From positions 17,729 to 81,728 of the forward strand of contig CALXWC010000002.1 in NCBI GenBank assembly GCA_944392265.1: DNA of 64,000 bases, written 5' to 3'. This DNA comes from an uncultured Alphaproteobacteria bacterium. GTDB lineage: Bacteria; Pseudomonadota; Alphaproteobacteria; RF32; CAG-239. The notes under the pieces are model-generated. The model worked only from the letters and a program-made list of their open reading frames with translations. It was not told where the DNA came from and searched no databases. Each line of letters starts with the position of its first letter. Position 1 is the first letter of the stretch. This document shows positions 8,260 to 16,291 of this stretch, piece by piece. The translations under genes and the position numbers were made by a program.

Positions 8260-9663
8260 TTAGAACAATTGCAATACAGATTGAGCAGCTTGAGATGCCA
8301 AGCTCAAAGAGTTAATTGCAAGTTGCTGTCTGGTTTGTAAAGCCAACATATTTGCTGATTCTTCGTTCATATCAGCCAAGGTTAACTTATCTGCACCTTC
8401 AGTCAACACGTTGATTAAGTTATCTGTAAAGTCTTCACGGCTTTGTACGATTGAGTAGTTATTACCAAAGTCAGAAGCCATTGTACGAAGTTCTGTAATT
8501 GCATCTTCAATATGAGTGATGGACACGTCAATATTGCTATCTCTTTGCCAATCATTTTGAGCTTCTGCAATACCCAAACCTTTAGAGCTTGCATCAACAC
8601 CCATAATTTCAATTTTTGAAGAACGGTCTTCGTTAAAGACTACGGTCAATTTGTTGCCTTGAAGCAAGTTTACACCTTTATATCCGGCATCGTTGGCCAA
8701 AGCGTCAATTTGCTCTAAGATTTCGTTAAATTGTTTTGCATAGCTGGTACGCTCAGTACTAACCTCTTTAGCATTACCGGCGCCTCTGTCACCTTCAATG
8801 CCCATACCTTGGAAAGCTGTATATTTTGCAGCAGCTGTGCTGTCACCGAATACTCGGAATTCTTTATTGGTAGCCATGATTGAAAAGGCTTTGCCGTTTG
8901 CTTCAGCGCTAATACCCAAGCTTGATGCGGCTGTATTTATCGCAGCAGCGATTGCAGCAGAGTTAGCACCAGTTGTAGCATTTGCCAAAGTAACTTTCTT
9001 AGCAGCTGTATCTGCAACATCTGAGCTTGCCAAGTCACCGTTTACCCAAGAAACCATTGAACCATCTGTGGTTGAAACAGTAACAGTACCGTCTTTGGCA
9101 ACAGCATTCAAGCCCAAACCTTGCAATTGGTTTGCTACATCTGCAGCTGTCGTTGCTGCACTGCTTCCTCCATCTTTGACGGTAATTTCATGACCTTTGT
9201 CTTCACCTTCAAGATAAACAGTGAATTTTTTGCCGTTTTCACCAGTATCAAAAGTCATTGTAAATGTGCTCAAATCTTCACGAGCGTCAACCATAAATTC
9301 TGCATCAACACCGGCTGTGATTTCGCCAGAGGTGATAGAATATTTATCAAAGTTGCTCGGAACGTCACGTGCAGAGTTTGCAATAGCTTTTGCTTGTTCA
9401 GCAAAAGAGGTAATTGTTTCAATACCTTCGTTAGCAGCTTGAATAGTTTGGATTCCTTGACCCATACTATCTAACAAAGCGCTTAAGTCATTTGCACGGT
9501 TATTTAAGGATTGAGCGGTGTAGTAAGAAGAAGGGTTATCAATTGCTGAGTTTACCTTCTTGCCAGTAGATAAGCGTTCTTGTGTCATATCCATCAAACT
9601 TTGAGTTTCTTGCAAAGACAACAAGTTTGTTCTCATACTAGCTGTTAATGATATATCTGCCAT
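8260..9663 (-). CDS. fliC: Flagellin, paralogue 1 (467 aa)
   Basis: MADISLTASMRTNLLSLQ..RLSTGKKVNSAIDNPSSYYTAQSL.NRA N-terminus and ...LALQTRQQLAINSLSLASQAAQSVLQLF C-terminus, as in alphaproteobacterial large flagellins. Start set at the ATG preceded by GGAGAAAGAAA. Confidence 0.93.
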   Translation of the reverse strand: MADISLTASMRTNLLSLQETQSLMDMTQERLSTGKKVNSAIDNPSSYYTAQSLNNRANDLSALLDSMGQGIQTIQAANEGIETITSFAEQAKAIANSARDVPSNFDKYSITSGEITAGVDAEFMVDAREDLSTFTMTFDTGENGKKFTVYLEGEDKGHEITVKDGGSSAATTAADVANQLQGLGLNAVAKDGTVTVSTTDGSMVSWVNGDLASSDVADTAAKKVTLANATTGANSAAIAAAINTAASSLGISAEANGKAFSIMATNKEFRVFGDSTAAAKYTAFQGMGIEGDRGAGNAKEVSTERTSYAKQFNEILEQIDALANDAGYKGVNLLQGNKLTVVFNEDRSSKIEIMGVDASSKGLGIAEAQNDWQRDSNIDVSITHIEDAITELRTMASDFGNNYSIVQSREDFTDNLINVLTEGADKLTLADMNEESANMLALQTRQQLAINSLSLASQAAQSVLQLF

Positions 9664-9720
9664 TTTCTTTCTCCAAATACTATGGAACACATTACTTGCG
9701 AATGTTATACTAACATTACA
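9664..9720 (-). promoter_or_regulatory. Conserved flagellin leader block (copy upstream of flagellin 1)
   Basis: About 57 nt nearly identical to 11308-11364. Contains the SD and the short complementary segments AAUGUU / AACAUU / AAUGUG. Confidence 0.4.
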
Positions 9721-9820
9721 AGTATTATATTAACACAAATTCAGCATCTAATCAATGCTTATTTTCACTTTTATAGTAAAATATGTAAAAAAATCGTTAA
9801 TTATATTCATAAACTTTTGT

Positions 9821-9848
9821 GGGACTCGTATGTTTTAATGCGAGTCCC
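9821..9848. other. GC-rich 8-bp hairpin (gggactcg-N12-cgagtccc) between the flagellin 2 terminator and the flagellin 1 leader
   Basis: Perfect inverted repeat seen in the sequence. No U-run on the minus strand. Function unknown. Confidence 0.4.
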
Positions 9849-9867
9849 TTTGTTTAATATTTTTTAT

Positions 9868-9905
9868 AAAAAAAAAGAAAAAAGGCTCTTATTGCTAAGA
9901 GCCTT
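9868..9905 (-). terminator. Rho-independent terminator of flagellin 2
   Basis: Minus strand: aaggctctta-gcaa-taagagcctt hairpin followed by a long T-run. Confidence 0.85.
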
Positions 9906-9921
9906 CCCCTCCTTATTGTGT

Positions 9922-11307
9922 TTAGAACAATTGCAATACAGATTGAGCAGCTTGAGACGCCAAACTCAAAGAGTTAATTGCAAGTTGTTGTCTGGTCTGT
10001 AAAGCCAACATATTTGCTGATTCTTCGTTCATATCAGCCAAGGTTAACTTATCAGCACCTTCTGTTAACACGTTAATTAAATTATCGGTAAAGTCCTCAC
10101 GGCTTTGTACAATTGAGTAGTTGTTACCAAAGTCAGAAGCCATTGTACGAAGCTCTGTAATTGCATCTTCAATATGCGTAATTGCCACATCGATATTGGC
10201 ATCTTTTTGCCAATCATTCTGAGCTTCCGCAATACCCAAACCTTTAGAACTTGCATCAACACCGTTAATTTCAATTTTTGAAGAACGGTCTTCATTGAAA
10301 ACAACAGTCAATTTGTTGCCTTGAAGCAAGTTTACACCTTTATAACCAGCATCGTTGGCCAATGCATCAATTTGCTCTAAGATTTCGTTGAATTGCTTTG
10401 CATAGCTTGCACGCTCAGTGCTTACTTCTTTGGCATTACCTGCACCCCTATCTCCAAGAATGCCCATTGCATCAACTTTAGACTGGTTGGCTGAATCTGC
10501 AAATACGCGGAATTCTTTACCTTCTGCCATAATAGCAAATTTTTTACCATCTGCTTCAGCTGTTACGCCAATTGAAGCAGCTTGCTTATTAATCTCTGAA
10601 GCTATTGCAGCAGAGTTAGCTCCTGTTGTTCCATTTGCCAAGGTAATTTTCTTAGCAGCAGAATCAGCTTTGGCAAGACCTTGACCTGTATCTGCGTTAA
10701 TCCAAGAAACCATTGAACCATCTGTTGTTGAAACAATAACTGTTTTATCCTCAACTTTGGCATTTAAGCCCAAACCTTGCAATTGGCTTGCAACGTCTGC
10801 AGCACCAGCGGCATCATTTCCATTTACGGTAATTTCTTTTGAAGTGCCGTCTTCCAAATATACCGTAAATTTTTTACCGGTATCAGATGCACCAATTTCC
10901 ATTTTAAATGTGCTTAAATCTTCACGCGCATCAACCATAAATGTTGCATCAACACCAGCGGTGATTTCGCCTGATGATATTGCGTATTTATCAAAGTTAC
11001 TCGGAACATCTCGTGCAGAGTTTGCAATAGCTTTCGCTTGTTCCGCAAAAGAGGTAATTGTTTCAATACCTTCGTTAGCGGCTTGAATAGTTTGGATTCC
11101 TTGACCCATACTATCCAACAACGCGCTTAAGTCACTTGCACGGTTATTTAAGGATTGAGCTGTGTAATATGAAGAAGGGTTATCAATTGCTGAGTTTACC
11201 TTCTTACCAGTAGATAAGCGCTCTTGTGTCGTATCCATCAAACTTTGAGTTTGTTGTAAAGACAACAAGTTTGTTCTCATACTAGCTGTTAATGATATAT
11301 CTGCCAT
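9922..11307 (-). CDS. fliC: Flagellin, paralogue 2 (461 aa)
   Basis: Same N- and C-terminal flagellin domains as paralogue 1. Start at the MADISL ATG preceded by GGGAGAAAGAAA. Confidence 0.93.
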   Translation of the reverse strand: MADISLTASMRTNLLSLQQTQSLMDTTQERLSTGKKVNSAIDNPSSYYTAQSLNNRASDLSALLDSMGQGIQTIQAANEGIETITSFAEQAKAIANSARDVPSNFDKYAISSGEITAGVDATFMVDAREDLSTFKMEIGASDTGKKFTVYLEDGTSKEITVNGNDAAGAADVASQLQGLGLNAKVEDKTVIVSTTDGSMVSWINADTGQGLAKADSAAKKITLANGTTGANSAAIASEINKQAASIGVTAEADGKKFAIMAEGKEFRVFADSANQSKVDAMGILGDRGAGNAKEVSTERASYAKQFNEILEQIDALANDAGYKGVNLLQGNKLTVVFNEDRSSKIEINGVDASSKGLGIAEAQNDWQKDANIDVAITHIEDAITELRTMASDFGNNYSIVQSREDFTDNLINVLTEGADKLTLADMNEESANMLALQTRQQLAINSLSLASQAAQSVLQLF

Positions 11308-11364
11308 TTTCTTTCTCCCAAATACTGTGGAACACATTCTTGTGAATGTTATACTAACATTACA
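11308..11364 (-). promoter_or_regulatory. Conserved flagellin leader block (copy upstream of flagellin 2)
   Basis: Near-identical to 9664-9720, including the three short complementary segments. Confidence 0.4.
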
Positions 11365-11406
11365 GCTATAATTGTATCACAAAAATAACGCTAATGCAAA
11401 TAGATT

Positions 11407-11438
11407 CAAAAAAGGGCTTTCTATCCCTAGAAAACCCT
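11407..11438 (-). terminator. Rho-independent terminator of flagellin 3
   Basis: Minus strand: gggttttcta-ggga-tagaaagccc hairpin followed by TTTTTT. Confidence 0.8.
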
Positions 11439-11465
11439 TGTCTTTGAAAGAACATGTCAAATATT

Positions 11466-12848
11466 TTAGAACAATTTTAACACAGCTTGTGATGCTTGTG
11501 ATGCCAAGCTCAAAGAGTTAATAGCAAGCTGTTGTCTGGTTTGCAAAGCCAGCATATTAGCAGATTCTTCATTCATATCTGCCAAGGTCAGCTTATCTGC
11601 ACCTTCAGTTAAAACATTAATCAAATTATCCGTAAAATCTTCTCTTGTTTGTACAATAGAATAGTGGTTACCAAAATCTGAAGCCATGGTTCTTAACTCC
11701 CTAATTGCATCTTCCGCATGAGAAATTGAAATCTCAATATTGGCATCTTTTTGCCAATCGTTTTGAGCGCCTGCAATTCCTAAACCTTTTGCACTTGCAT
11801 CAACACCAGAAATTTCAATTTTAGAAGAACGATCTTCATTGAAAATAACCGTCAATTTATTTTCTTGAAGTAAGTTTACACCTTTATAACCGGCATCGTT
11901 AGCCAAATCATCAATTTGAGACAAAATATCGTTAAATTGTTTGGCATAGCTTTTACGTTCAGTACTGATTTCTTTGGCATTACCAGCACCTCTGTCTCCC
12001 AAAAGGCCTAACTTTGTAAAGACATCTTTATTTGCGCTATCTGCAAATACTCTAAACTCTTTACCTTCTGCCATGATAGAAAGTTTCTTGCCATCTGCTT
12101 CTGCGGTTAAGCCAATGTCTTCTCCGGCAGCATCAATTGCCGCTGCGATTGACGCAGAGTTTGCGCCATTTCCGCCTTGAGCTAAAGTAACGCTTTTGGC
12201 TGCGCTGTCAGCTTTTGCGATACCAGCTGCACTATCATTCACCCAAGAAACCATCGTTCCATCTGTGGTTGAGACATGAATTTTTGCTCCCTCAACTTTT
12301 GCATTCAAACCCAATCCTTGGAGTTTATAGGCTACATCTGCCGCGCCTGCTTCATCATTACCGTTTACGGTAATTTCTTGAGACGTTCCATCTTCAAGAT
12401 AGACCTTAAATTTTTTACCCGTATCAGCATTACCGATTTCCATATCAAATTCGCTTAAATCTTCACGAGCATCAACCATAATTGTTCCATCTACGCCGGC
12501 TGTAATCTCTTCTGAAGAAATAGCATATTTATCAAAGTTACTTGGGACATCTCTTGCCGAACTTGCAATTGCCTTTGCCTGTTCCACAAATGAAGTAATG
12601 GATTCAATTGCTTCATTGGTTGCTTTTAAGGTTTGAATACCTTGTCCCATACTATCCAACAAAGCGCTCATATCGTTGGCTCTGTTGTTCAATGATTGCG
12701 CAGCATAATATGATGATGGATTATCAATAGCTGAGTTTACTTTCTTACCTGTTGATAATCTTTCTTGCGTCATATCCATTAGACTTTGTGTGTTTTGCAA
12801 AGATAATAAATTTGAACGCATGCTTGCTGTTAATGATATATCTGCCAT
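11466..12848 (-). CDS. fliC: Flagellin, paralogue 3 (460 aa)
   Basis: MADISLTASMRSNLLSLQ... N-terminus and ...LALQTRQQLAINSLSLASQASQAVLKLF C-terminus; SD GGGAAGAAAG. Confidence 0.93.
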   Translation of the reverse strand: MADISLTASMRSNLLSLQNTQSLMDMTQERLSTGKKVNSAIDNPSSYYAAQSLNNRANDMSALLDSMGQGIQTLKATNEAIESITSFVEQAKAIASSARDVPSNFDKYAISSEEITAGVDGTIMVDAREDLSEFDMEIGNADTGKKFKVYLEDGTSQEITVNGNDEAGAADVAYKLQGLGLNAKVEGAKIHVSTTDGTMVSWVNDSAAGIAKADSAAKSVTLAQGGNGANSASIAAAIDAAGEDIGLTAEADGKKLSIMAEGKEFRVFADSANKDVFTKLGLLGDRGAGNAKEISTERKSYAKQFNDILSQIDDLANDAGYKGVNLLQENKLTVIFNEDRSSKIEISGVDASAKGLGIAGAQNDWQKDANIEISISHAEDAIRELRTMASDFGNHYSIVQTREDFTDNLINVLTEGADKLTLADMNEESANMLALQTRQQLAINSLSLASQASQAVLKLF

Positions 12849-12864
12849 TTCTTTCTTCCCAATA

Positions 12865-12954
12865 CTGTGGATAAAACCTTAGCTTTTATCTAGCTATTAA
12901 CAAACTATTAACTTTTTTTATTAAATGTAAGTTTTTTTATTTTTTTATCCACAG
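12865..12954. repeat. 12-bp perfect inverted repeat (ctgtggataaaa ... ttttatccacag) bracketing the flbT-flagellin 3 spacer
   Basis: Arms at 12865-12876 and 12943-12954, read directly from the sequence. Confidence 0.7.
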
Positions 12955-12960
12955 ATATCT

Positions 12961-13359
12961 CTATATATTTCCCTTCAAAGCCTCGCCAAAAAGCTCATCT
13001 TCTTTCTGAATTAAGGTTGAAGCGGCTTTAATTGCAGCATAGTAATCTGAATTAATAATGCACTCATTTACAGCTGAGATATATGGTATCAAGCTGGCTG
13101 AAGCATTTTGCAAATCACGAACATACTCTAAATATATTGAGTGCAACTTTTCAGGATTGCGGGATAAATACATTTGTTGAACAATAAAATATATTCTTTT
13201 GCTTGGGGTGTTGGCGTCTTTTTCTCTTAAGATAAATTTTTCTCTTAAGATTGGGATATTTCCTTCAATATAAAAACGGGTTCTTTCACCGTCATTTGTA
13301 ATCAAGGCCTCACCAATAACAATACTCTCATGAGGTTTCAATTCAATTTTTAAAGGCAT
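12961..13359 (-). CDS. flbT: Flagellar biosynthesis repressor FlbT
   Basis: MPLKIELKPHESIVIGEALITNDGERTRF...ILREK...TP.KRIYF.VQQMYL matches the FlbT family pattern; lies adjacent to the flagellins. Confidence 0.85.
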   Translation of the reverse strand: MPLKIELKPHESIVIGEALITNDGERTRFYIEGNIPILREKFILREKDANTPSKRIYFIVQQMYLSRNPEKLHSIYLEYVRDLQNASASLIPYISAVNECIINSDYYAAIKAASTLIQKEDELFGEALKGNI

Positions 13360-13490
13360 ATTTTTCTCTCCATTTTACTCTTTTTTAAGAAAACTGAGCT
13401 TAGTATACAATTATTTTATTTTTAAAGGCAAATCTTTATTTGCTTATATTACCAGATATCAACTCTTTTTTTGCTAGGAACAGTATTTAT

Positions 13491-13913
13491 ATGCCTATCA
13501 ATTTAAAAAATTTAACCGACCAAGAAGCCGATATTTTTTTAGAAGCTTTAGCTTTTATGTTGCAGCAAGATACTAAAGCACCTCAAGAAAAAAATGATTT
13601 TCTTAAAATTCAGGCAATCAAAATCGGCAGACCAATGCGCGGCTTAAAATTTAAAACAAGTAAATGTGCAACAGAAATTGCCGTTTTGCTTAATAAAATT
13701 GACAATATCAGAATAAAACGCTATATCCTTTTGCAAATGATTATGCTGACCATTGCCGGTCATGAGCTGCAAGACAAAGAGGTTGATGTTTTATACGATA
13801 TCGGCACCAAAGCCGGAATTTCAATTGATAAAATCGATGACTTTTTCTTGTGGGCTGCCAAAGGCGTGGAATGGCAGGTCGAGGGAATGAAAATTGTTGA
13901 AGAAGACTTATAA
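13491..13913 (+). CDS. Hypothetical protein, possibly with a TerB-like helical fold
   Basis: Start moved to the ATG at 13491 (AGGAA 10 nt upstream). Stop is 3 nt before the ABC-F start. The fold guess is weak. Confidence 0.5.
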   Translation: MPINLKNLTDQEADIFLEALAFMLQQDTKAPQEKNDFLKIQAIKIGRPMRGLKFKTSKCATEIAVLLNKIDNIRIKRYILLQMIMLTIAGHELQDKEVDVLYDIGTKAGISIDKIDDFFLWAAKGVEWQVEGMKIVEEDL

Positions 13914-13916
13914 AAT

Positions 13917-15731
13917 ATGGTAACCGAACCTCCTATTTATGCTATTAAAGGTGCCGAACTTAGTTTCGGCACTAATCATCTGTTTTCAGATGTTAACCTT
14001 TATATTAACCGTGGAGACAAAATTTCTCTTGTCGGCAGAAACGGCTCCGGAAAATCAACCCTACTCAAGGTTATTTCCGGTGTGATTGAACCTGACAACG
14101 GTGAAATATTTATTCAGCCCGGTGTAAAAATTGCTTATATGCCGCAAGAGCCCGATTTTTCTAAATATCAAACCCTCAGAGATGTCGTCCTCTCAGGCTT
14201 ACCCAATAATGGTAAGGGGTTGGAATATAAGGCCGATATGCTTATTCAACAATTCGGTATTGTTCAAGATGCTAACCCCAATCAAGCCTCCGGCGGAGAA
14301 AGAAGAAAAGCTGCTTTGGCAAAGACCCTTATTGATGAACCTGATATTTTGCTTCTTGATGAACCGACAAACCATCTTGACATCAGTACGATTGAAATTT
14401 TGGAAAACATCATTAAAAATTTTTCGGGCGCTGTTGTGGTTATTTCTCACGACAGAATGTTTTTGAACAACATTTCTCAAACCACTTTCTGGCTTGATAG
14501 AGGTATTTTAAGAAGAAACAATAAAGGATTTGCTTTTTTTGAAGAATGGCAAGACCAAGTTATTGATCAAGAAATCATTGAGCAAAAAAACTTAAATAAA
14601 AAAATTGAAGAAGAAACAGAATGGCTGCACAAAGGTGTTACGGCCAGAAGAAGACGAAACCAAGGAAGACTACGCCGCTTACAACAACTCCGCCAAGAAA
14701 GAAAAGAACAAATTAAACAAATCGGCAACATCAATCTTAATGTTGAAGAAGGCGATTATCGCTCAAAATTGGTCATTGAAGCCAAAAATATTTCAAAAGC
14801 TTTTGGCGAAAAAGTTATTGTCAAAGACTTTTCAACCAGAATTATTAAGGGAAACAAAATCGGTATTGCCGGTCCGAATGGCGCAGGAAAGACCACTCTT
14901 ATCAAGCTTTTAACCAAAAGATTGGAACCCGATAGCGGCTTTGTGAGAATCGGAAAAAATTTGGAAGAAGCTTATTTTGACCAAAACAGAATTTCTCTTG
15001 ACCCTAAAAAAACTCTTTGGCAAACACTTTGTGATAAAGGGGACCATATTTTGGTCAGAGGACAATATCGCCATGTGATTGCTTATTTGAAAGATTTTTT
15101 GTTCCGCCCCGATCAGGCACACTGCCCTGTTTTGGCTCTTTCGGGCGGAGAAAAAAACAGATTAATGCTTGCCAAAGCTCTGGCTCAACCCTCAAACTTT
15201 TTGGTTTTGGACGAGCCGACTAATGATTTGGATATGGATACATTAGATTTGTTGCAAGAAGTTTTGTCTGATTATGAAGGAACGATGCTGATTGTTAGCC
15301 ACGATAGGGACTTTTTAGATAGGGTTGTCACCTCGGTTATTTATATGAAAGGTGATGGCACCGTCTTTGAAAATGCCGGAAGTTATAGTGAGATTTTGCA
15401 AAAGGTTAAAGTTCAGCCCTCGCCCAATGTTGCGGAAAAGAAAACGACATCTCAGGTTAAAAACTCAGAAGATAATCGCCCCAAAAAGCAAGCCAAACTT
15501 AGTTATAATCAGCAAAGATTGTTAGAAATTTTGCCGCAAAAAGTGGAAGATTTAGAACAAAAAATCAGCCTTATAGAACAAAAACTCAGCGATACTGAAC
15601 TTTATACTTCCAATCGCGGGGAATTTGAAAAATTAAGCCAAGAGTTGGCTTCTTTGAGAGTTGAAGTTGAAAAAGCTGAAAACCAATGGCTGGAGCTTCA
15701 AGAATTAAAAGATTCTCTAGAGACTAATTAA
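13917..15731 (+). CDS. uup: ABC-F family ATPase (Uup-like, two ABC domains plus a C-terminal coiled coil)
   Basis: Two Walker A motifs (GRNGSGKST, GPNGAGKTT), two signature motifs (ASGGERRK, LSGGEKNR), no TM segments, charged helical tail. Confidence 0.9.
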   Translation: MVTEPPIYAIKGAELSFGTNHLFSDVNLYINRGDKISLVGRNGSGKSTLLKVISGVIEPDNGEIFIQPGVKIAYMPQEPDFSKYQTLRDVVLSGLPNNGKGLEYKADMLIQQFGIVQDANPNQASGGERRKAALAKTLIDEPDILLLDEPTNHLDISTIEILENIIKNFSGAVVVISHDRMFLNNISQTTFWLDRGILRRNNKGFAFFEEWQDQVIDQEIIEQKNLNKKIEEETEWLHKGVTARRRRNQGRLRRLQQLRQERKEQIKQIGNINLNVEEGDYRSKLVIEAKNISKAFGEKVIVKDFSTRIIKGNKIGIAGPNGAGKTTLIKLLTKRLEPDSGFVRIGKNLEEAYFDQNRISLDPKKTLWQTLCDKGDHILVRGQYRHVIAYLKDFLFRPDQAHCPVLALSGGEKNRLMLAKALAQPSNFLVLDEPTNDLDMDTLDLLQEVLSDYEGTMLIVSHDRDFLDRVVTSVIYMKGDGTVFENAGSYSEILQKVKVQPSPNVAEKKTTSQVKNSEDNRPKKQAKLSYNQQRLLEILPQKVEDLEQKISLIEQKLSDTELYTSNRGEFEKLSQELASLRVEVEKAENQWLELQELKDSLETN

Positions 15732-16290
15732 AATATGAAGGTAACAATTTTTGGATGGTTTCAATTTCAGGTTCAACCATCTCACGCTCTTCTTGGCTGA
15801 TTTTTTCAATATTTAAGGCTTGTTCTTGCTCTTTGGCTAAATTTCTCAATGTCCTTTGCAGGTCGGCATTATTGGCAACAGATATGCCGTCCAACATAAG
15901 AGCTTGCAACTTTTTGATTTCTTTATCTCGATAAATGGTATCTTTGATAATTTTTAGACGAGCGCCGACATAAAAATATCTTTCCGCACTCCAGCCGCTT
16001 CGCTCCAACCATCTGGACATAAACGGGTTCAAATCAGCCAGACTGTCTTGTGTGCTGTATGATAAATTGCCATTGAACGGAATTTTAGAATAACGCTCTT
16101 TATATATGATTGAGGTTTTTAAGAAAGCGCGTAATTCTTCTGCCGTAATATTCTGGCTTTTTTGTGCTTCTATAGATGCATAAGTCGGCGCTAAAATCTC
16201 AGGCTCAACCTTAAATGATTGATACAAAAAGATGGCAAGACCTATCAAAAAAATCGTTGCGTAGATAACTTGCTTATTTACTTTTTCCAT
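15724..16290 (-). CDS. Hypothetical membrane-anchored protein (188 aa)
   Basis: Single N-terminal TM helix. One nt downstream of the HAD gene, so likely co-transcribed. Confidence 0.6.
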   Translation of the reverse strand: MEKVNKQVIYATIFLIGLAIFLYQSFKVEPEILAPTYASIEAQKSQNITAEELRAFLKTSIIYKERYSKIPFNGNLSYSTQDSLADLNPFMSRWLERSGWSAERYFYVGARLKIIKDTIYRDKEIKKLQALMLDGISVANNADLQRTLRNLAKEQEQALNIEKISQEEREMVEPEIETIQKLLPSYFN

Positions 16291-16291
16291 T

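Larger units (their letters stand above)
8260..12848 (-). repeat. Tandem array of three flagellin paralogues (about 1.6-kb unit)
   Basis: The termini of copies 1 and 2 look roughly 90-95 percent identical at nucleotide level by eye. Each copy has its own leader and terminator. Confidence 0.9.

Noticed and set aside
8798-9474. Plus-strand ORFs of 73-131 aa (8798-9193, 9121-9474, 9221-9442) inside flagellin 1. Similar ones occur at 10418-10684, 10757-11086, 11974-12180 and 12276-12458 inside flagellins 2 and 3.
   Set aside because: They are antisense shadow ORFs of Ala/Ser/Thr-rich flagellin genes, with low-complexity translations and no SD or promoter. The flagellin frame is unambiguous.
9664-9920. 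Search for sigma28 (TAAA-N15-GCCGATAA) or sigma54 (TGGCAC-N5-TTGC) promoters upstream of the three flagellin genes.
   Set aside because: There are only weak partial matches (for example GCTAGATAA upstream of flagellin 3 with a poor -35, and TTAGAT-N16-TATAAT upstream of flagellin 1 that is not conserved in copy 2). I cannot support a promoter call without TSS data.
13491-13913. Possibility that the gene divergent from flbT is flaF, the usual flbT partner.
   Set aside because: The translation does not resemble FlaF. It looks more like a TerB-type helical protein and is translationally linked to the ABC-F gene. flaF is presumably elsewhere.
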